This document shows, piece by piece, positions 59,901 through 64,000 of a stretch of DNA of 64,000 nt; position 1 is the stretch's first letter, and each line of letters begins with the position of its first letter. Under the pieces are notes generated by a model that saw only the letters and a list, made by a program, of their open reading frames with translations, was not told the origin of the DNA and ran no database searches. Both the position numbers and the translations under genes were made by a program. The stretch lies in sequence record PQ799574.1; one strand, written 5' to 3'. The stretch is from Escherichia phage vB_EcoM_Maryam.

Positions 59901-60782
59901 CAATCTCCACAATTTCTCATTATCATCAAACATCAAGAAACCGTCAATCGATGTACGGCCTTCAATGGAATGAGTTCCAACTTCTTGTACTGAAGTTGTT
60001 TCATCATATGTAGTAACAATTGTGTGATAAAGAGGATTTAATTTATCCAAATCAACGAAATTAATAATATCGCCATGATTGGCAAATCTTGGAAGTTTAA
60101 TATTAATTGCTGAAGCAGAAGTAAATCTACGTACGATAAAATCGTTTGATTGTGCCTGATAGAGACTCGCAGGAGTTACAACTACAGCTTCTCTACTATA
60201 ATCAGCAACATACATTTGCCACAGACGATTACTAAAAATTAAAACTATCTGTGATTTTGGATGAGTCATTAGTACTGAACGTACTTGCTGACCTCTAAAA
60301 TTTACAATGCTTTGTACCGGAGCTGTAATTAAAACTTGATTAACTCCAGGTTTTCCTCCAATATCTTGGAGAACGATGGTATCACCATCAATTGGAGAAG
60401 ATGGTAAAGTAAATGTAATGTCATTACCAGCTGCAGTATCAACTGAAATTGATTCGCCCGATTTTAATTGATAAGGTCCTGATGAAACAGTTGTCCAGTT
60501 TGCATCAGTACGTAACGCTCTCCATCGTACGCTATTAAAAGCTCCTGCTGGTTTTGGAATATCATTTATAGCAGCCCAAAAGCGGTTATCATAAATGATT
60601 ACAAAATCTTTTAAATATCCACGAGTTGGATCATATTGTTGAACTGTGTTTTCTTGAATTAAGTAATCAACGTTAACGCCGTCAGTTCCTACGGCACGAT
60701 CAGCTAAAGCTACGTTGATTATTTTATCACCACCTGCGTCCAGACCATCTTCTGCTCTGAACTTTCTTTTAATCTCGGCCAT
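56913..60782 (-). CDS. 34: long tail fibre proximal subunit gp34
   Basis: 1289 aa, size identical to recalled T4 gp34. Confidence 0.9.
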   Translation of the reverse strand: MAEIKRKFRAEDGLDAGGDKIINVALADRAVGTDGVNVDYLIQENTVQQYDPTRGYLKDFVIIYDNRFWAAINDIPKPAGAFNSVRWRALRTDANWTTVSSGPYQLKSGESISVDTAAGNDITFTLPSSPIDGDTIVLQDIGGKPGVNQVLITAPVQSIVNFRGQQVRSVLMTHPKSQIVLIFSNRLWQMYVADYSREAVVVTPASLYQAQSNDFIVRRFTSASAINIKLPRFANHGDIINFVDLDKLNPLYHTIVTTYDETTSVQEVGTHSIEGRTSIDGFLMFDDNEKLWRLFDGDSKARLRIITTNSNIRPNEEVMVFGANNGTTQTIELQLPTDISVGDTVKISMNYMRKGQTVKIKAAGEDKIASSVQLLQFPKRSEYPPEAEWVTVQELVFNGETNYVPVLELAYIEDSDGKYWVVQQNVPTVERVDSLNDSTRARLGVIALATQAQANADLENSPQKELAITPETLANRTATETRRGIARIATTAQVNQNTTFSFADDLIITPKKLNERTATETRRGVAEIATQQETNAGTDDTTIITPKKLQARQGSESLSGIVTFVSTAGATPASSRELNGTNVYNKNTNNLVVSPKALDQYKATPTQQGAVILAVESEVIAGQSQEGWANAVVTPETLHKKTSTDARIGLIEIATQSEVNTGTDYTRAVTPKTLNDRRATESLSGIAEIATQVEFDAGVDDTRISTPLKIKTRFNSTDRTSVVALSGLVESGTLWDHYTLDILEANETQRGTLRVATQVEAAAGTLDNVLITPKKLLGTKSTEAQEGVIKVATQSETVTGTSANTAVSPKNLKWIVQSESTWAATTAIRGFVKTSSGSLTFVGNDTVGSTQPLESYEKNGYAVSPYELNRVLANYLPLKAKAVDSNLLDGLDSSQFIRRDIAQTVNGSLTLTQQTNLSAPLVSSSTATFGGSVSANSTLTISNTGTATRLIFEKGPQTGTNPAQTMTVRVWGNQFSGELDTTRSTVFEVSDETSSHFYSQRNKAGNITFNINGTVTPINVNASGTLNANGVATFGNSVTATGEIISRSANAFRAINGNYGFIVRNDGSVTNFMLTASGDQTGGFNGLRPLAINNASGQVTIGESLIIAKGATINSGGLTVNSRIRSQGTKTSDLYTRAPTTDTVGFWSIDINDSATYNQFPGYFKMVEKTNEVTGLPYLERGEEVKSPGTLTQFGNTLDSLYQDWITYPTTPEARTTRWTRTWQKTKNSWSSFVQVFDGGNPPQPSDIGALPSDNAIMGNLTIRDFLRIGNVRIIPDPVNKTVKFEWVE

Positions 60783-60816
60783 TCTCCCGGGCTCCTATTG
60801 TGTTTTCAATAATAAG

Positions 60817-60824
60817 TATTTATA
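60817..60824 (-). promoter_or_regulatory. late promoter TATAAATA upstream of gene 34
   Basis: Reverse complement of TATTTATA at 60817-60824, ~35 nt upstream of gene 34 ATG. Confidence 0.6.
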
Positions 60825-60886
60825 CTTGTTTACTTTAAGATTTGGATGGTATATAATAGAAATCTCACTAATTGAACGAGGTTCAT

Positions 60887-61804
60887 ATGGATTTAGAAAT
60901 GATGTTGGATGAAGATTACAAAGAAGGAATTTGCTTTATTGACTTTAGTCAAATTGCGCTTTCAACTGCTTTGGTAAACTTCCCAGATAAAGAAAAAATT
61001 AATTTATCAATGGTTCGTCATTTGATATTGAACTCAATTAAGTTTAATGTCAAAAAAGCAAAAACGCTTGGATACACTAAAATTGTACTGTGTATTGATA
61101 ACGCGAAATCTGGATACTGGCGTCGTGATTTTGCGTATTATTACAAGAAAAACCGTGGAAAAGCACGAGAAGAATCTACTTGGGACTGGGAAGGTTATTT
61201 TGAATCCAGCCATAAAGTTATAGATGAATTGAAAGCTTATATGCCATACATTGTTATGGATATTGATAAGTATGAAGCAGATGACCACATTGCTGTTCTT
61301 GTTAAAAAGTTCTCTTTAGAAGGACACAAGATTTTAATCATTTCATCGGATGGTGACTTTACTCAACTTCACAAATACCCAAATGTTAAGCAATGGTCAC
61401 CGATGCACAAGAAATGGGTTAAAATTAAAAGCGGTTCTGCTGAAATTGACTGTATGACTAAAATCCTTAAAGGCGACAAAAAGGATAACGTTGCTTCAGT
61501 TAAAGTACGATCTGACTTTTGGTTTACCAAAGTTGAAGGTGAACGAACTCCTTCAATGAAAACTTCAATCGTTGAAGCTATTGCTAATGACCGTGAGCAA
61601 GCTAAGGTGCTTCTCACAGAATCTGAATATAATCGTTATAAAGAAAATTTAGTTCTAATTGATTTTGATTATATTCCTGATAATATTGCTTCAAACATTG
61701 TGAATTACTATAATTCATATAAATTACCACCGCGTGGCAAAATTTATTCATATTTTGTAAAAGCGGGTCTTTCTAAATTAACTAATAGCATTAATGAATT
61801 TTGA
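60887..61804 (+). CDS. rnh: RNase H (5'-3' exonuclease, FEN-1 family)
   Basis: 305 aa from ATG 60887 (MDLEMMLDEDYKEG...); ORF track starts at upstream TTG. Confidence 0.9.
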   Translation: MDLEMMLDEDYKEGICFIDFSQIALSTALVNFPDKEKINLSMVRHLILNSIKFNVKKAKTLGYTKIVLCIDNAKSGYWRRDFAYYYKKNRGKAREESTWDWEGYFESSHKVIDELKAYMPYIVMDIDKYEADDHIAVLVKKFSLEGHKILIISSDGDFTQLHKYPNVKQWSPMHKKWVKIKSGSAEIDCMTKILKGDKKDNVASVKVRSDFWFTKVEGERTPSMKTSIVEAIANDREQAKVLLTESEYNRYKENLVLIDFDYIPDNIASNIVNYYNSYKLPPRGKIYSYFVKAGLSKLTNSINEF

Positions 61805-61812
61805 GGTGAATA

Positions 61813-62082
61813 ATGGCTAAAAAAGAAATGGTTGAATTTGATGAAGCTATCCATGGCGAAGATTTGGCTAAATTTATTAAAGAAGCATCTGATCATAAAC
61901 TGAAAATTTCCGGTTATAATGAACTGATTAAAGATATTCGAATTCGTGCCAAAGATGAACTTGGTGTTGATGGCAAGATGTTTAATCGTCTGTTAGCTTT
62001 GTATCATAAAGATAACCGTGATGTGTTTGAAGCTGAAACTGAAGAGGTAGTTGAACTTTATGACACAGTTTTCTCTAAATGA
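61813..62082 (+). CDS. dsbA: dsDNA-binding protein DsbA
   Basis: 89 aa; position between rnh and 33. Confidence 0.75.
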   Translation: MAKKEMVEFDEAIHGEDLAKFIKEASDHKLKISGYNELIKDIRIRAKDELGVDGKMFNRLLALYHKDNRDVFEAETEEVVELYDTVFSK

Positions 62083-62398
62083 TATTCGTCCGGTCGATGA
62101 GACCGGTCTTTCAGAAAAAGAACTTTCCCTTAAGAAAGAAAAGGATGAAATTGCAAAGCTTCTTGATCGTCAAGAAAATGGATTTATCATTGAAAAAATG
62201 GTAGAAGAGTTTGGAATGAGTTATCTTGAAGCTACGACAGCATTCTTGGAAGAAAACTCTATTCCTGAAACTCAATTTGCTAAATTTATTCCTTCGGGTA
62301 TAATTGAAAAAATTCAGTCAGAAGCTATTGACGAAAATCTTTTGCGTCCTTCTGTTGTTCGTTGTGAAAAAACTAATACATTAGATTTTCTGCTATGA
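62060..62398 (+). CDS. 33: late transcription co-activator gp33
   Basis: 112 aa from ATG 62060 (MTQFSLNDIRPVDE...). Confidence 0.85.
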   Translation: MTQFSLNDIRPVDETGLSEKELSLKKEKDEIAKLLDRQENGFIIEKMVEEFGMSYLEATTAFLEENSIPETQFAKFIPSGIIEKIQSEAIDENLLRPSVVRCEKTNTLDFLL

Positions 62399-63048
62399 TT
62401 AAACTCCGCATGCCTGCTGGTGGTGAAAGATACATTGATGGTAAATCAGTTTATAAATTATACTTAATGATAAAACAGCATATGAATGGAAAGTATGATG
62501 TTATTAAGTATAATTGGTGCATGCGGGTGTCTGATGCCGCTTATCAAAAGCGAAGGGATAAGTATTTTTTCCAGAAGTTATCAGAAAAATATAAATTAAA
62601 GGAACTTGCTTTAATCTTTATAAGCAATTTGGTTGCTAACCAAGATGCTTGGATTGGTGACATCTCTGACGCTGATGCACTTGTGTTTTATCGTGAATAT
62701 ATCGGACGCTTAAAGCAAATTAAATTTAAGTTTGAAGAAGATATTCGCAATATTTACTATTTTAGTAAAAAAGTTGAAGTTTCTGCTTTTAAAGAAATCT
62801 TTGAATATAATCCAAAGGTTCAGTCAAGTTATATTTTTAAACTTCTGCAATCGAACATAATTTCGTTTGAGACGTTTATCTTGCTTGATTCGTTTTTAAA
62901 TATAATTGATAAACATGATGAACAGACTGATAATTTAGTCTGGAATAATTATTCTATAAAGTTAAAGGCTTATAGAAAAATTTTAAATATTGATTCACAG
63001 AAAGCTAAAAGTGTTTTCATTGAAACTGTGAAATCTTGCAAGTATTGA
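62395..63048 (+). CDS. 59: helicase loader gp59
   Basis: 217 aa; position between 33 and 32. Confidence 0.85.
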   Translation: MIKLRMPAGGERYIDGKSVYKLYLMIKQHMNGKYDVIKYNWCMRVSDAAYQKRRDKYFFQKLSEKYKLKELALIFISNLVANQDAWIGDISDADALVFYREYIGRLKQIKFKFEEDIRNIYYFSKKVEVSAFKEIFEYNPKVQSSYIFKLLQSNIISFETFILLDSFLNIIDKHDEQTDNLVWNNYSIKLKAYRKILNIDSQKAKSVFIETVKSCKY

Positions 63049-63049
63049 T

Positions 63050-63682
63050 ATGAATATAGTATATTGGTTTACATTTGAAGACCGTGTCAAAAATAAGACT
63101 CCACCGTACTACTATATCGGTAGTAAATTAAATTGCTCATTTGAGAACGGAATAATATATGACTCTTCCGGAAAGGAATACTGGAGCTCATGTAAACAAA
63201 AAAGATTTTTGAATGCGCTAATGCTTCAAAAACCGAGCGTTAAAATAATTCAAATTGATGATGACTTGGATGTTATTGAAGCAGAACGAAAATACCAACT
63301 TGAAGTAAATGCCAGAGATAATCCAGACTATTTTAATCTGGTATATGCTGGTGGTGGATTTGGTGTGAGTGGTGAAACTCATCCAGCCAAAGACCCGGAA
63401 GTTAGAGAGCATATGAGATTGGCTAATTATATGAACCGTGACGATTTTAGACCTTGGAAAACATCACGAGCTAATATAGAGTCTTGGAAATTATCTCATA
63501 TTGCTTACGAGAATTATGTGTTATTATTATCCTCTAATCTGTACGGTAAAACTCCTGGATGGCGAAGAGTTAAAGGTAATATAAATATAACTGATACAAC
63601 TGCTAAATCGATGGTAAAGTATTTCAACTCAGGTTGGATACCTCTCGAAGACCCAGAGTATTGCAAATTATGCCAGCTATGA
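63050..63682 (+). CDS. SegG-like putative homing endonuclease (possible GIY-YIG)
   Basis: 210 aa; N-terminus IVYWFTF...YYYIGSK loosely fits GIY...YIG; occupies the 32.1/segG position between 59 and 32. Confidence 0.45.
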   Translation: MNIVYWFTFEDRVKNKTPPYYYIGSKLNCSFENGIIYDSSGKEYWSSCKQKRFLNALMLQKPSVKIIQIDDDLDVIEAERKYQLEVNARDNPDYFNLVYAGGGFGVSGETHPAKDPEVREHMRLANYMNRDDFRPWKTSRANIESWKLSHIAYENYVLLLSSNLYGKTPGWRRVKGNINITDTTAKSMVKYFNSGWIPLEDPEYCKLCQL

Positions 63683-63736
63683 GGTAAAGTGTCATAGCAC
63701 CAACTGTTAATTAAATTAAGTTAAAAAGGAAATAAA
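63683..63736 (+). promoter_or_regulatory. gene 32 5' leader / translational operator (A/U-rich unstructured region)
   Basis: GTGTCATAGCACCAACTGTTAATTAAATTAAGTTAAAAAGGAAATAAA immediately before gene 32 ATG. Confidence 0.5.
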
Positions 63737-64000
63737 ATGTTTAAACGTAAATCTACTGCTGAACTTGCTGCGCAAATGGCTAAACTGAATGGCAATAAAG
63801 GTTTTTCTTCTGAAGATAAAGGCGAGTGGAAACTGAAACTCGATAATGCGGGTAACGGTCAAGCAGTAATTCGTTTTCTTCCGTCTAAAAATGATGAACA
63901 AGCACCATTCGCAATTCTTGTAAATCACGGTTTCAAGAAAAATGGTAAATGGTATATTGAAACATGTTCATCTACCCATGGTGATTACGATTCTTGCCCA
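63737..64000 (+). CDS. 32: ssDNA-binding protein gp32 (5' part, truncated by window end)
   Basis: [51 protein letters not shown]... Confidence 0.95.

Noticed and set aside
60872-60886. TTG starts proposed by the ORF track for rnh (60872), gene 33 (62051) and gene 38 (51730)
   Set aside because: Downstream ATGs with Shine-Dalgarno sequences give the recalled T4 N-termini.
1-64000. tRNA genes, rRNA, CRISPR arrays, integrase or transposase genes
   Set aside because: No cloverleaf-like or repeat-spacer structure was noticed and no ORF resembles an integrase or transposase; the T4 tRNA cluster lies in a genome region not covered by this window.

Overview
This window is T-even (T4-like, Tequatrovirus-type) coliphage DNA; almost every ORF matches a T4/T2 gene I recognise from memory, and I found no tRNA, rRNA, CRISPR array, transposon or obviously foreign island. 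The most notable result is not a new gene system but a structural anomaly: two synteny breakpoints bracket a ~35 kb block that lies in inverted orientation relative to its flanks, plus a 1-nt frameshift in the DNA polymerase gene. All comparisons to T4/T2 are from recall, not a database search.

Layout:
- 1-13,990 (+ strand): nrdC, 49 (endo VII), nrdD, nrdG, small ORFs, 55, a-gt, 47, 46, 45.2-like, rpbA, then only the first 19 codons of gene 45.
- 13,990-49,107 (- strand): motA 5' fragment, 52, stp, ndd, denB, rIIB, rIIA, 39, dexA, dda, srd, modA, modB, soc, 56, 61, sp, dmd, 41, 40, uvsX, a T2/T6-type glucosyltransferase, 42, imm, 43, regA, 62.
- 49,108-64,000: arn and asiA (+), then t, 38, 37, 36, 35, 34 (-), then rnh, dsbA, 33, 59, a segG-like ORF and the start of 32 (+).

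Main anomalies:
- Breakpoint 1 (~13,989/13,990): truncated gene 45 meets truncated motA head-to-head.
- Breakpoint 2 (~49,107): gene 62 has a non-canonical N-terminus and abuts a 3' ORF fragment; clamp-loader gene 44 and most of gene 45 are absent from the window.
- Gene 43 carries a 1-nt frameshift near 47,619.
- The phage is a T2/T4 mosaic: T2-type traits (262-aa glycine-rich gp38, gp37 with a C-terminal chaperone-like domain, fused gene 39 without the gene-60 bypass, intronless nrdD) alongside a T4-type segG-like ORF.

I cannot tell from sequence alone whether the rearrangement is a real defective phage, an engineered construct or a mis-assembly.
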